Source of the DNA: Girardia tigrina
Lineage: Eukaryota
NCBI GenBank assembly: GCA_001938485.1
Contig: MQRK01181483.1
Location: forward strand, 17,144-81,143
Length of the DNA: 64,000 nucleotides
Reading direction: 5' to 3'
A program made the position numbers and the translations under genes. Shown here in pieces: positions 1-11,803 of this stretch. The number at the start of each line of letters is the position of its first letter. Positions within the stretch are counted from its first letter, which is position 1. The notes beneath the pieces were generated by a model. It did not search any database, was not told where the DNA came from, and saw only the letters and a program-made list of their open reading frames with translations.

Positions 1-94
1 ACCTTTTTTCAAAATATGTCAAAATGAAACATCTATTCGTTCTTTTTACATAAAAGTTCATTGAATTACGATACAGGCCTAGTAGGTTGCAAAA

Positions 95-2870
95 AAGTCA
101 TATCCCTAATGTACACATATGCAGTGGATGCATTCTTTGGAAGTCCAAGGACTTTCTTGTCAAACAGCCTAACAATGTTGTCTAGGCTGTGTCTGGTTCC
201 ATCCAGTGTACTATATGGGAGGAAGAAGATACGGAATATGAAGATTAGTTTGGAGTGTAGATGCACCAGATATGCCTGAAAGCTCTGCTAAGGGAATAAG
301 ATTGATGTATTAGGTTGAGGAATAAGTTCCCGCTGTTTTTTGAATTTTTAATCAATTTAATATTTAAATCAAATTTTTTGATGTAATGTTATATGTTATT
401 TGTAAGCTATTGTTTTGCTCTAAAAAATGGTGTATTTTGTTTTTTTATTCAGATTAATTTTTGTCGATTTTTAGACCATTGAAGTGAAGTGTCAAGTCGA
501 TAGAAATGCGCATTTCTGACACCATCTATTGTTTGCGTATAATCGCGGCGCCAAAGCCGCAGACGCTGCCCGAGAGCTTTGTGCTGTATACAGAGATGGT
601 GCTATAGCTGATAGAACCGCTCGTGATTGGTATGTAAAATTTAAAATTGGCAATTTTGACCTCAAGGATGTACCTCGTTCAGGACGACCAAAGGAATTCG
701 ATGAAGAGCGTTTGAACAAACTTTTGCATGAAGACCCGCATCAAATCACTCGAGAATTGGCGGAACAAATGGATTGTGATCAAAAAACTGTCGTGAACCA
801 CCTGAAATCAATGGGAAAAGTTCAAAAAATGGGAGCTTGGGTGCCACATCTTTTGACCTTAAAGAACAAAGACCAGCGATCCACAATTTCGGCGAGTTTG
901 CTTGCCTGTCATCGCTCTACTCACGGTGATAAGCAACAATTTCTTTATCGAATTGTAACGGGTGAGGAAAAATGGTGCCTGTACGTCAACATGAAACAGC
1001 ACAAAGAATGGCGTAGCCGAGAAGAACAATCGACACCGCGAGCAAAACAAGATCTTCATCCACGAAAGACAATGCTATGCGTTTGGTGGGGTTGGGAAGG
1101 GATTATTCATTATGAATTGCTTCCTTGAAACCAAACAGTGAACGCAGAACTTTATGTTTAACAGCTGCATAGACTCAACGCTGCTATAAGACAAAAACAT
1201 CCGGATCGACAACATGGCGTTATTTTGCAACACGACAATGTACGTCCTCATATTGCCAGAATGACAATAGAAGCCATTCAAACGCTTGGTTGGGAAGTGT
1301 TACCGCACCCTCCGTATTCATCTGTCTTGGCTCCATCTGATTTTCATCTTTTCCGTTCGCTTTCTAGCGCTTTGCGTGGTGTTTCGTACAACAATGATGG
1401 AGAACAGCAAGTTTGGTTGGCTGAATTCTTCGAGTCAAGACCGGGCGATTTCTACCAAAGAGGCATTGAAAAACTCGTTGAACGTTGGGAAGAAGTTGTG
1501 AACAATGGCGGAGATTATATTTGTGATTAATTTTTAGTAACTTTTTTATTAAAAAATAAAATTTTAATTTTTCAAAAAACGGCGGGAACTTATTCCTCAA
1601 CCCAATAGTTATCGTCTCGGTTTCTTTGACTATTGTTGCAAACTCATCCGTTGGTGTGACCTTGATGTTTTCGGGAAAGTGTCCACCAAGGTTCACAACA
1701 AACTCACCTTCACTTATCTCGGGAATTTTCCCCTTATAGATCTCAATATCTTGATTCGCTTTACGGGGATGTACAATAAGCGCACACTTGTTTGATCTGA
1801 ATTTGATGCCTAACACTTCTTTTAGTTCAACAGCTTTTTCAACAAGTGTTTGCATAAAATAGTTGGTGCTAGCAAGAGGCCCAAGATCATCAGCATAGGC
1901 CAAGTAACTAACCTTGTGATTAGCAATAATTAATCCTCCCTGACTCAATCCGTCCATTTCAATCAATACATGGTTAATTGCTATGTTAAAAAGCAACATA
2001 GAGAGAGGACATCCCTATCGAACTCCAACAAGGGTGGGGATCTGATCCATCACTGTGTTGCTGCATATTTAAGTTGATGAGAATTCCTTATATAACATTC
2101 TGATAAGATAACACGATCTTCCTCCTACATCCATTCCACGCAAGAGGCACAATACTGCATCCACAGATACAGAACCAAATGCATCTGCTGCATCCAGCAT
2201 CATTACATGGAACGGTATGTACATTTGGTTGTAGTATCTGGGATAGCCCTAATGAGAAAGTTGTGCTCCGCACAACCATCATATAGTTCTAGACTTTTCT
2301 GCAATGGGTGCAGAAGATCATATTCTTTGATCCCACTAGATAGCTGGTCCTTTAGAAGTACTGCAAGTATCTTGTACGCGTACTCCAATAGGCTATTAGT
2401 CGCCACGATAAAAGCTCTTCAAATTGCTTCTGTTTAACTGGTTTTGGTTGCAGAACTGTAAATAAGTGTATCCAGCTCTCGGGAACAATATGGGATTCTA
2501 TGATTCTTTTGTATAGCTTTGTAAGAATAATTCCCCCCGGATCACAATATAACATATCTTTATATGTTATATTCGAATATTCCGGTGCTGAGCTATTTGC
2601 TTTCTCCAATGCCGCTATCACTTCAGCCGTATCGATTTCTACGAAATCAAAAGGACTACCGGAATTGGCTTCCAGCTCCTCTACTCGTGGGTCCATCACT
2701 GATTCAATGGATTTAGTAGAAAAGTGATTCACAATATCCTCAATAAATGGTGAGTTATCTGCAATTACTCTATCCAGAATAGTTTGTACGACTCTTTTTG
2801 GATCACGCACAAACATGTTTCGCAGTCATGTGTCCTGCTGCTCTGCCTCTAAAACTACATTACCCATATA
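95..2870 (-). mobile_element. Degenerate non-LTR retrotransposon RT region (RLE-type, NeSL/Utopia/R2-like), interrupted by a mariner at 310-1605
   Basis: Minus-strand fragments read HPLQKSLELYDGCAEHNFLI (the QKGF..GC.EH motif), GV..GCPLSMLLFNIAI and LAYADDL. The reading resumes across the mariner TA site as ...LHSKLIFIFR...LDNIVRLFDKKVLGLPKNASTAYVY, which is thumb-like. Multiple frameshifts and stops. Confidence 0.85.
310..1605 (+). mobile_element. Full-length mariner (DD34D) transposon with pseudogenised transposase (~490-1530)
   Basis: TIRs TTAGGTTGAGGAATAAGTTCCCGCTGTTTTTTGAA / TTCAAAAAACGGCGGGAACTTATTCCTCAACCCAA with TA TSDs at 308-309 and 1606-1607. Motifs RSGRP, WVPHLL, TGEEKW (first D mutated), QHDN-x34-D (PSDFHLF). 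In-frame stops are present. Confidence 0.97.
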
Positions 2871-4933
2871 GAGATTTCGTCGTCTTACAGGGCGATGATA
2901 ATAAATATTTAATTAATCTATTAACAGATCGGTAGTCATCAAATTACCTCACAACCTGTTCCTATTCCCTACTGATCGTCAATAGTCTCAGTAGGAACTA
3001 TAAGCCCCTACCGTTATCTATCGACAGATCGGCAGCCTTGAGAATGTTCCCCAACCTCCATCAACTTCAAAAAAAAGAAATAAAATCTAAAAATTACTTA
3101 AGTACAAAACAAGGGTTTTTTAAATAACATTTATTCAAAGAAAAAGTCTGATCAAGTGCACAAATTCGGATGAATTTATACCAATCTTTCGTCACAAAAA
3201 CTCACAGAATCAGCAAGCAGACAATTCTCACAGTCAACCTTCAATCATCCTTCACTAATTCAACAGTCCTCAGATAGAAACAACCCGGGGATGGCCAAAA
3301 TCCCAATCAAACCCACGTCAACAAATCAGGCCATCAAATTCTCACAAGAAAATATTCAAATCGACAGGATCCAAGAGTCAAAACCAATTAAAAGTTTCTA
3401 TTTTTTAATTAATTAATTATAAATTATAATATTTTTTATTTTTGTTTTTTTAGATTTAGGGAGTTTTTCCATCGCCTGCCTCGATGCCAGTGCAATGAAT
3501 AGGCCCGAGGCTGACGCGAAGGAAAAACTCACTAGTCCTAACACTAGTCGACATTGTCGGAAGCGATAAAAATGATTTCTGCAGTTTAAAGCATTCGAAT
3601 AAAGTCTGTGTGGAGACTCTAGCAAAAGCACATAATGATTTTTTTAAGATTCTTTTATTTTTTAATTTGTTAAAAATAATAATAATAATAAAAAAAACAA
3701 TAGAAAAATGAATTAAATAAAAAACGATTTCTGTTGCCAAATTAAAAAAATTTAAATAGAAAACCACAATGTAATTGTAAAATTATAAAAATGCAATCGT
3801 GGCCTTTTCTGATTGGTCGTTTAATAATTCAATTAAATTTGTATAATCGATTTTGTTTTAATCGATTAGTTTTTTGAAAATAGTCTGGCGCAATTATCAA
3901 TTTTTATGAATCTCCATAGTTTTTGTTAATGTAATTTTAAAAAAATAAAATTTGTCGAAATATTTTTTTTCATTGGGAATTGAAGAACGTCATTAAGATG
4001 GAATTTGCCACATCTCTAAAACTCCAATGGCTGATATTAATAATCGCACATTTTAACGACGTTTTCTAGATGTGCAGTACATTGGTCTTCTGGTAGATCC
4101 ACATGATGTTTAAATTATACTGTTCTGCATTATAAGAAGCTTTGTTTACTGTTAGAATGGGAAACTATAAAAGGTTTTAAAAATGAAGTCCTATGGACTA
4201 ATAGATGACCCCGTAATAATTTGAATGTAACAGATTATAACACTTACAGTTGCCGATTTCAACAATAATTATAGTTTGCCTGTAGCAGATTGCAATAATA
4301 AAAAGTTATATAAAATATCAACTATAAATTTTTATAATCACTTAGTGATCTAAGGATTTAAATTTGAAATTTTAATATAATTATAATTTGTATTGTGTAA
4401 TATACATAGCAAGGGGACGAAAATAATGCTTCTGATATCTCGGCTTTCCGAACTTTTTCTTTCGATTGCATTGATAATTAGGCAAATGCGAATTCTTGAC
4501 ATTATTAAATTATCATCTTAAGACACAATTTCAATCATTCTCGGTAATCATAGTCTAGACATAAGAATCTCATCACCAACATAAAAACACTTTTCTCTCA
4601 TATAGTACATGGAAATGAGTGTTAATCAAAGAGAAAAGATGTACGAAATACACATTACAAAAGTTATAGAACTTAGTCTTCTGTTTCATATATATGGTAA
4701 TGTTTATTTGTTGTTACGAAAATCAAATCACGATATATTGATCTAGAGCTGTTGAATTTCAAATAGCAACAAGTAAAGCCATTGATCGAAAATTATAGTA
4801 TCGATGTAAAAAATAAGAATGTGAAGAAGAGCATCCAATCTGTAACCATTTAAATTAATTATTCGTTACTTACTTGGTTATGATGAGTTAGTTAATTTTT
4901 AGTTTGCTGATCAAAATTTAAATAATTTTACAC

Positions 4934-5540
4934 TTGGCGAAAGAAAAATATATTGTTGTAATCGTTGATCAGTTTAGCAGGTACATATCTTTGATAGCCA
5001 TTAGCAAGCAGGATGAAGTAACTATAAAATACACCATAATGACAAAATGGATCATGAGATTTGGAAATACAAAACCCTCACCCGAAGGAAATACATACAG
5101 ATTATGTGAAGACATTGGAACCGAAGGTATTTAAATATGTAGCAACATTAATGAATATAAAAATGTATTCCTCGAGCCCATACTATCATGACTCGAACGG
5201 AATAGTAGAGAGAATTCAGGATTAACAGAGAATATTTAAATGCGTCAGTGGGAGAAAAAAATAAGGACTGATAGGGAAGTCCTGCTATCAGAAATAGAAC
5301 TTACACTGAACACAACATTCCAGAAGACAGTAGCAAAGAGTCCAGCGGAAGAAGAATATACAGAGAAAGAATGCATAGTCGAGAAATAAAGAAGAATCAC
5401 AACACCGATACAGAAGAGGTATCAGTCATGAGACAGTTCGAGATCGGAGATAGTGTGCTTGTAAAGGTCGAAACCGGTATAAAGGAAAAAGACAAATACG
5501 AAGGACCATATACAGTAAGTGAGAAAATACATGGTAGCAC
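4934..5540 (+). mobile_element. Ty3/Gypsy integrase fragment
   Basis: KYIVVIVDQFSRY...KWIMRFG, SSPYYHDSNGIVER, and the C-terminal FEIGDSVLVK...YEGPYTV (GPY/F) motif; frameshifted. Confidence 0.85.
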
Positions 5541-5676
5541 AAAACCCAGCACACCATACAAGATATCAAGGATTTTCATGGTATTACTGTGAAATTCTTT
5601 ATACCAGTCCGGGTGTCGCTCTGGTTGTGTACCAAAACATTGGGAGGATTATCACTTCTGAGTTTTTTACAACTAA

Positions 5677-5953
5677 CGGATAACATCAAATAGTAGGTGG
5701 ACATGAAATAGTAGGTGTAATGAAGTTTTCAAAAAATTTTCCACCTACTATTAAAATAGTAGGTGGAATCAAATAGTAGGTGTATTGTATAAATTCTTAT
5801 TTTTCCAGTTTAATTCTTATTTATTTTTCAAGTTTAAGACAAGTTCAAAACAAAAGCACCAAATAGTAGGTGTAAACCAATATTGGGCGCCTTTTCAATT
5901 TTTTTTCCACCTACTATTAAAATAGTAGGTGTCCTACTATTTCATGTTATCCG
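5677..5953. mobile_element. MITE-like element with internal AAATAGTAGGTG subrepeats
   Basis: Terminal inverted repeats CGGATAACATCAAATAGTAGG / CCTACTATTTCATGTTATCCG. The subrepeat recurs many times in both orientations. No clear TSD, so the superfamily is unassigned. Confidence 0.75.
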
Positions 5954-6014
5954 TTAATAATAAAGATAAATTAACGAAAACCCTTCGTAATTGTATCTCT
6001 AACTGATACTTGAC

Positions 6015-7330
6015 ACAGTGGGATACGCAGAAAAGTGCTGGTAGATATTCGATTACTCTACAAAATCTGCTTATTCCAACTCACCAATATATGCTGGTGG
6101 AATTATAAATACTGAATGGGAATTTATTCATATGATCAGATCATACATAATCAGTGTGAGAAGTCGTCCTTGGATGAACATTCACATTTCCTGTCGGAAA
6201 GGTTGTTCTAATGACGAAACTCTTGCACATGTTGTTATTGTCAATATTAATTTCCGCGGACATCTGACTGCCCAGTCTCGCTCACCGTCATCGTGCAGCG
6301 ACCACCTCCAATTATAATTTATGGCCCTGATGAGGGCCATTTTACGTTCTCGTCTTGCGGTATTGCTCGAAAAATATAACATTTCGGCCGCAACCAGATA
6401 AACCGATCTAGACCCAAATCTTTCGGCGTAGTTTACCTATCGCAATTTTCGATGGATACGACCCACGGGAAATTGAAACCCAGCTTGTGAACTCATAGTC
6501 TTTACCTTTTTTTGGTTCATTTTTTATGATTTGAAAATATTAAATTAATAAAATATATTTGAAAATTTCAAGAAAATCTCTAATTCAAAAAACATCGTTA
6601 TTTTATTTAAAAATTCGAAAATACTCAACAACTCAACTCTCCATTCATTCAAACAAAATGTCAATATTAGTTAACGATATATTTATATATACATATAATT
6701 AATTTACCTTTTTTTTGAAATAATCATATATTTTTATATACATATATATAATGGATTGAAATTGGAATACAAAATTCCAATTTCAATGTTTCTTTTTTTA
6801 TTAATTCAAATCCGAAACACATGTTCTTGTGGGTTGCCAATCTATATGTAGCTCCTGGAGGTCAAGACATAATTCTGGGCTCAAAATTTTTGCAGCCGAA
6901 ATCCGAATGCACTCTGGTGCTGTCCTGCCTGTGAATAAGACATGCCGATACTTCCCTCAAACGGATCGAGTTGATCTGCAAGTTTATTTTGAAAATAAAA
7001 ATGCGTTGTTTCTTGTTGATGTCAAGTGCCCTTACGATACCATGCGAAGTCTTGAGACGGCTGACATCAAAAATGTAGAAAATTATTTATATCTTCTCGA
7101 GGCTATCACTGAAAATTGCGAGAATAAAGTTGTATTAGATACTTTCATTGTTGGGTGCATTAAGTGCATGGATACCCAACAATGAAACTATCCTTAATAG
7201 TTTACATTTAAGCCATAGGATAAAATCAATCACAATGCCTGTGTCGAATCAAACATAAGGTGGTCCAAGCGGTAGTGGGAAGCATTCGAGAACTCAATGG
7301 AAAGACGAAACGTCCACAACTACGATGATA
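6015..7330 (+). mobile_element. C-terminal part of an RLE non-LTR retrotransposon (CCHC zinc knuckle plus restriction-like endonuclease), split by a solo LTR
   Basis: EWEFIHMIR...CRKGCSNDETLAHV|LVGC (CCHC), then RHN, RVDL...LVDVKCPYD and FIVG, the PD-(D/E)xK-type RLE signature of R2/NeSL/Utopia elements. Confidence 0.88.
6233..6819. mobile_element. Solo LTR (587 bp)
   Basis: Starts TGTT and ends AACA, with a perfect 5-bp TSD CATGT at 6228-6232 and 6820-6824. Excision restores the ETLAHVLVGC motif in frame. Confidence 0.85.
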
Positions 7331-7853
7331 CGATCCACGACTCAGAAGAAACCATCGAAACGCTACAAGATTGGCCAATCTTTGATGATTGCGATTCCGA
7401 TTTGGTCTTTTGGGCTGATCATGGTTTTTAGTAGTGTTTTGAAGAAAGTTTTGAGGATCCATGTTCGCAGAGAGATCATTTTGTATGTTGTACATTTTAG
7501 GGTTACTGACCCCACATCAGTTGTTTCCTGATGATGGTAATGTCTTATAAGACAGAGGCACTCCACCTAGAATTACCAACCCAACTCTAGTGCGTTCACC
7601 GAGATGCTACCGTTATTTATGGCGGTAGTAGAGACCTTTTTATGGATCATTGTTGGATATCTCGTGTAATTACTTGTTGTGTACCACATTCTCGTTTTTT
7701 TATCGTTTGTTTGAAGAGAAATTTATTTTTATTATTTGTCTTTATAATTGATGTTTATCGCCTTCTCTCTCTATTTCTATTATTAACTCTTTTACTATCT
7801 CTATATAATTGTCCTTTGTTGCAGTGTAAATACAATTCGCTCACAGCGTGAAA

Positions 7854-8755
7854 TGTACTGTTTAAATTTGTGTTTTTTTTGTTAATATCGGAAACGAATT
7901 TTTTTTCGATTTGTAAATCGTAATTGATATCGTCAATTGTACATTTTTTTCTGTTTAATTATTTTTAATGAAAATTTAATTTGCATATGTATGAATATAG
8001 TTGAAAATGACCGAAATTGATATTGAAATTTCTATTTTAATATTAGTTACGAAATTAAATTAAAATTATTAAAAAAACGTTATGAATCAGTCAATTAATT
8101 TTTTAACGACGAGTTTGTTTAACTGAGTTTCGATTGTTGATAAATTTGTCTTAGTCCGAATATATTTTTGAATTCTTAGACATTTTTTATTTGATTTTGA
8201 AATAAACGTTTTATCTCAAATCTTCGCTTCTAAATCAAAGCGTTCCATATTATTTTTTCCTTAGCCGTCTAGAAACCAATTTCCAATTCAAATTTTGTTG
8301 TCATTCGTTTCAAATTCACCCAAATGATCAAATTATCGATTGATCATTCGATATCAAATTTTTATTGCAATAAAACCGTTTTATCCCGTATTTCCAGATG
8401 ACCGAATTTTCATCACAAAAATCAGTGGCATGGCCGTTTTCTCTGTGCTGTCGTCGCTTACGGGTCGCGTCCGGGGTTCGCCGATTTTGCGGGTCGCGAG
8501 CCCACCGTCCTGAGGAGAATGCAACATTACTCAATACTTCTCGGTTCGATATTTGCTACTATACCTGCTCAGTTCTGACTATTGAAGCGGATGAACGACT
8601 GCAATAATGGGCCTCTCTTTATACTAGCGTGAATCCCGACGAACCAATGCTCCCTGCTCAATTTCCAAAACAGTCAAACGTACCGAAATTCACTAAAACT
8701 ACTTCAAAAAGAACTTTATCTTTGTAATAAAATTTGGTTTACACTGATTGCGACA
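7854..8755 (+). mobile_element. Possible solo LTR with GC-rich core
   Basis: TG...CA ends, imperfect 5-bp flanks TGAAA/TAAAA, AATAAA ~25 nt before the end, and a GC-rich core at 8400-8660 resembling that of the LTR at 6233. Boundaries uncertain. Confidence 0.35.
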
Positions 8756-9467
8756 TAAAAATGGGAAAATCTTGGATCATGTGAAGAATGTTTTGAATTG
8801 TTTGTTGTTTTATATTTTGCATGTGTTATGTTGATTCGGATTGTGTCTCTCCTACCCAGATGGATGATTGGTATTTTCTTTGATTCCTAGTAATTGAAAA
8901 TAATTTAATTTACTTTTAAAATAACAAGATTTACTATAGTTTTCAAATTTAATATTTAAATTTTCGAATGTAATATTTAATTTTTAATGTAATTTAAAAT
9001 TTTAATATTTTAATTTAATTGGTACTTTTTAAAAATTGTTTAGATTTAATTTTAAGCAATTAGAATCCTGATAATTAATTAATATTAATAAATATTTTTC
9101 ATTTATTTTAAAAATTAGGATGAAACACAGAAATATATTAATCAAGAAAAATTTCGAATAGCGAAAGTGGTTTGAATAATTGTTGTAATGACAATTCTGC
9201 TGGTGATATTAATAAATGTTCAAAAAATCATGTTGACGTTGTTTATAGATCAAAATGTGGAAAAACTAAAGAAATGAGTATTAGTTAATTTTTAGTTCGC
9301 TGATCGAAATTTAAACAGTTTTTGAAAAAATATTTAAAAAATCAAATTCACAATTTTAAATTAATACTTAAAATGATACTTATAAATTCTTTATAAATTA
9401 ATTTGAATTAAAATATTATTTTTGTAAAAAGATGAGTTGATCAAAACAGATCTGAATAAGTAGTTTT

Positions 9468-11279
9468 CATAGGCACCAGAAAGGTTTTACTCGTGGGGGC
9501 CTGAAAAAAAAGAAAAACAGTCCTGATAAATAGTACCTAATAGAACCGCCCCCAAAGTACAGTATCAGGTTTATTTTTGAAGACATGAAACTACTTAAAT
9601 TTTATTTAAACGATACAATTAACAATATACTCCAAAAAAGTCTTTTCTGCGAGGTTTGCCAGACACAAAGTCTTTTGCTATTGAAAGAAGATTCAATTTG
9701 TTTGCCCTTTCATTGTGGCTGTAAGAAGACACACAAGTCATTTCTAATGATTTATTTTAAATTCACAAATAATATCATATTATTTAAACAACGATTAAGG
9801 AGAATTAATAAAAATATTGTGAATCCTTTTTTAAATATAAATATCAATATGTATTTAATATAATATAGATTGTTTATAACTAGTCATGCTTACACCCCCC
9901 TTTTTAATAGGTTTTAGCCATTCTATATTCCTACAAATAATTTCACTCGCATTATTCTTCATTTCTGCACAACGATCGTATGGATTTTTATTATCTCACA
10001 CGACCCTTCCTATCGTTTAGTTCCTTTTTGTCTGTTTTCTATTTTTACTAAAACTAAATCACCTTTAAATTTGCGCCTTGGTGTTACTAACATTGGCGAC
10101 TCCGTTTCAATCAGGTGGACTTTTTCAATTACTTTCTTGTTGTCTAACTCATAATGACGCGAACCATCCTTTTTCCAAGAATTACTTCTGCTGGACTGCA
10201 TCCAATCGACTTTTGTATGGATGCATTCATACTAAATTAGATTTCTGGGAGTAAATCGACCCGGTTTCTTTCATTTTTTTCCTTCTAAGATGCATTTAAT
10301 GCATCATGAATAGTTCGAAATTAGCGCTCGATTATCCAATTAGCACTGCGGTGATATGGATTTGAGAATCGTATCTCAATTAACATGGATCTAGCATATT
10401 CTAAGAATCTTTGAGATTCGAAAACTTTACCTCGATCCACATGTATGCATCCTGGTGCACTGAATCTGAATACCCACTTCTGCTGAATCATATTCATTAC
10501 TGTCGCTTCATCTTGATTGTACGTCTTATCAATTCCTGCATGAAACAGAAATTGGTGGGAAAATGTGATACAATCTTTCCTAGAGTCTTTCAGTACTCAG
10601 ATCTTATATAGGAGCTATAGCACCATTTACACTTAAGTATACAAATTGTTTAGTTTAAATATATGATAGAGTAAATTTATTATAATTATCAATAAGGTTC
10701 AAATAGTGATGGAGAAAATAACAAAGTAATAAAGTGAATTTTACTGCACAAATCATTGTGTCATACCTTCAATGAGTATCCTATTCACTGGCATGGTAAG
10801 AAACTACAACAACGAAAATTAGCGTTTTGAAATGTTTAAATTGATTTATAAAAGTTAAAACACAATGAATCTGACACCAGTGTCCGCATTTTAAATAAAA
10901 TTTAATTTAATAAACTATTCAATTAGAAAATTCTATTAGAATAAAAAATAAGAAACCATACCAATAAATCGATGTAAGAAATAATATTTCTATGCAAAAA
11001 GTAGAGAACCGTGTCAGCCTTTACTGTATGAAAAAACTATCCGTAGTACGCCTATAACACGTAGAATAAGAGCTCACCATGTGTCTTGAAACACTCTTTT
11101 ATTTAACTATATGCATTAAAACATACTTTAGAAACCAACGTTCTTGTGATAATAAAAAAGCCTCATGTCTGTTTTTAGTTGGAAAAAAAGGATGTCCAGT
11201 GTTTTTTTTAATATAATACATTTCCTTTTCGAATATAGCTGATGAGGGGCTTAAGCTGCGCCCGGTTCAGACGCCTATG
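9468..11279. mobile_element. Non-autonomous hAT element containing a Gypsy integrase fragment
   Basis: TIRs CATAGGCACC / GACGCCTATG with G-rich subterminal motifs. Perfect 8-bp TSD GTAGTTTT at 9460-9467 and 11280-11287. Confidence 0.85.
9850..10610 (-). mobile_element. Ty3/Gypsy integrase remnant with polypurine tract and start of the 3' LTR
   Basis: Minus strand reads QDEATVMNMIQQKWVFRFSAPGCIHVDRGKVFES...FSNPYHRSANWIIER and FKGDLVLVK. PPT AAAAAGGGGGG (9895-9905) is followed directly by TGTAAG at 9894. Confidence 0.8.
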
Positions 11280-11369
11280 GTAGTTTTAAAATTAATAATT
11301 TTAGTCAAAATTTGAATTCTTTAAAAAAATTATTAATATTTGTAAAAATTTATATTTCAAATTTTAAAT

Positions 11370-11803
11370 ATTAAATATTAAATATAAGGTATTTTCGAAA
11401 ATTTCAAAAATAGTAAAAATATTATAAAATGTTTTTTTAAAAAACGCAACATTCAAAGCAGCATATAATAATTCATTTGAAAAAAACAAAATTATAAAAA
11501 AACAGTATAAAAGGATTAAAATAAACAACATATTTAAAAATAAAATATTTACATTAAAAATTAAATATAGGTAGAATAATAAGGGTCATAAATATTTTCA
11601 TTAAAATTTTAAAATTAAAGAATTAAATTTTATTTTGATTTAATTAAAATTTTAAATAAATGAAAAAATTTTAAAAATAGAGATTGGGAGATTGATTATT
11701 AATTAAGAAAATAGTTGAAAATTTTGTTTGAAAATTGTTTATAATCATTGTATAAATTGAGTAAAAATGATTTCTGAAATTGATGTTACAAATACTTCTC
11801 ACA
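11370..11803 (+). repeat. Dispersed repeat family B, ending ...ACTTCTCACA; further copies at ~45680-46081 and ~58880-59042
   Basis: Three alignable copies share AAAATAG(A/C)GAT..G..GATT...GTTGAAAATTTTGTTTGAA...AAAATGA.TTCTGA.ATTG..GTT.CAAA.ACTTCTCACA and end at the same base. Confidence 0.85.

Noticed and set aside
5677-5953. Repeat-spacer-like pattern suggesting a CRISPR array
   Set aside because: Repeats are only ~12 bp, in both orientations, irregularly spaced and bounded by TIRs, in a eukaryotic context with no cas genes.
6327-6385. CTGATGA...GAAA hammerhead-like spacing inside the solo LTR
   Set aside because: A stem II is possible, but there is no stem I partner adjacent to a cleavage triplet; chance level.
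11239-11279. CTGATGA motif (also at ~60445 and ~62718)
   Set aside because: No GAAA or stems follow; the 11239 case is hAT subterminal sequence.
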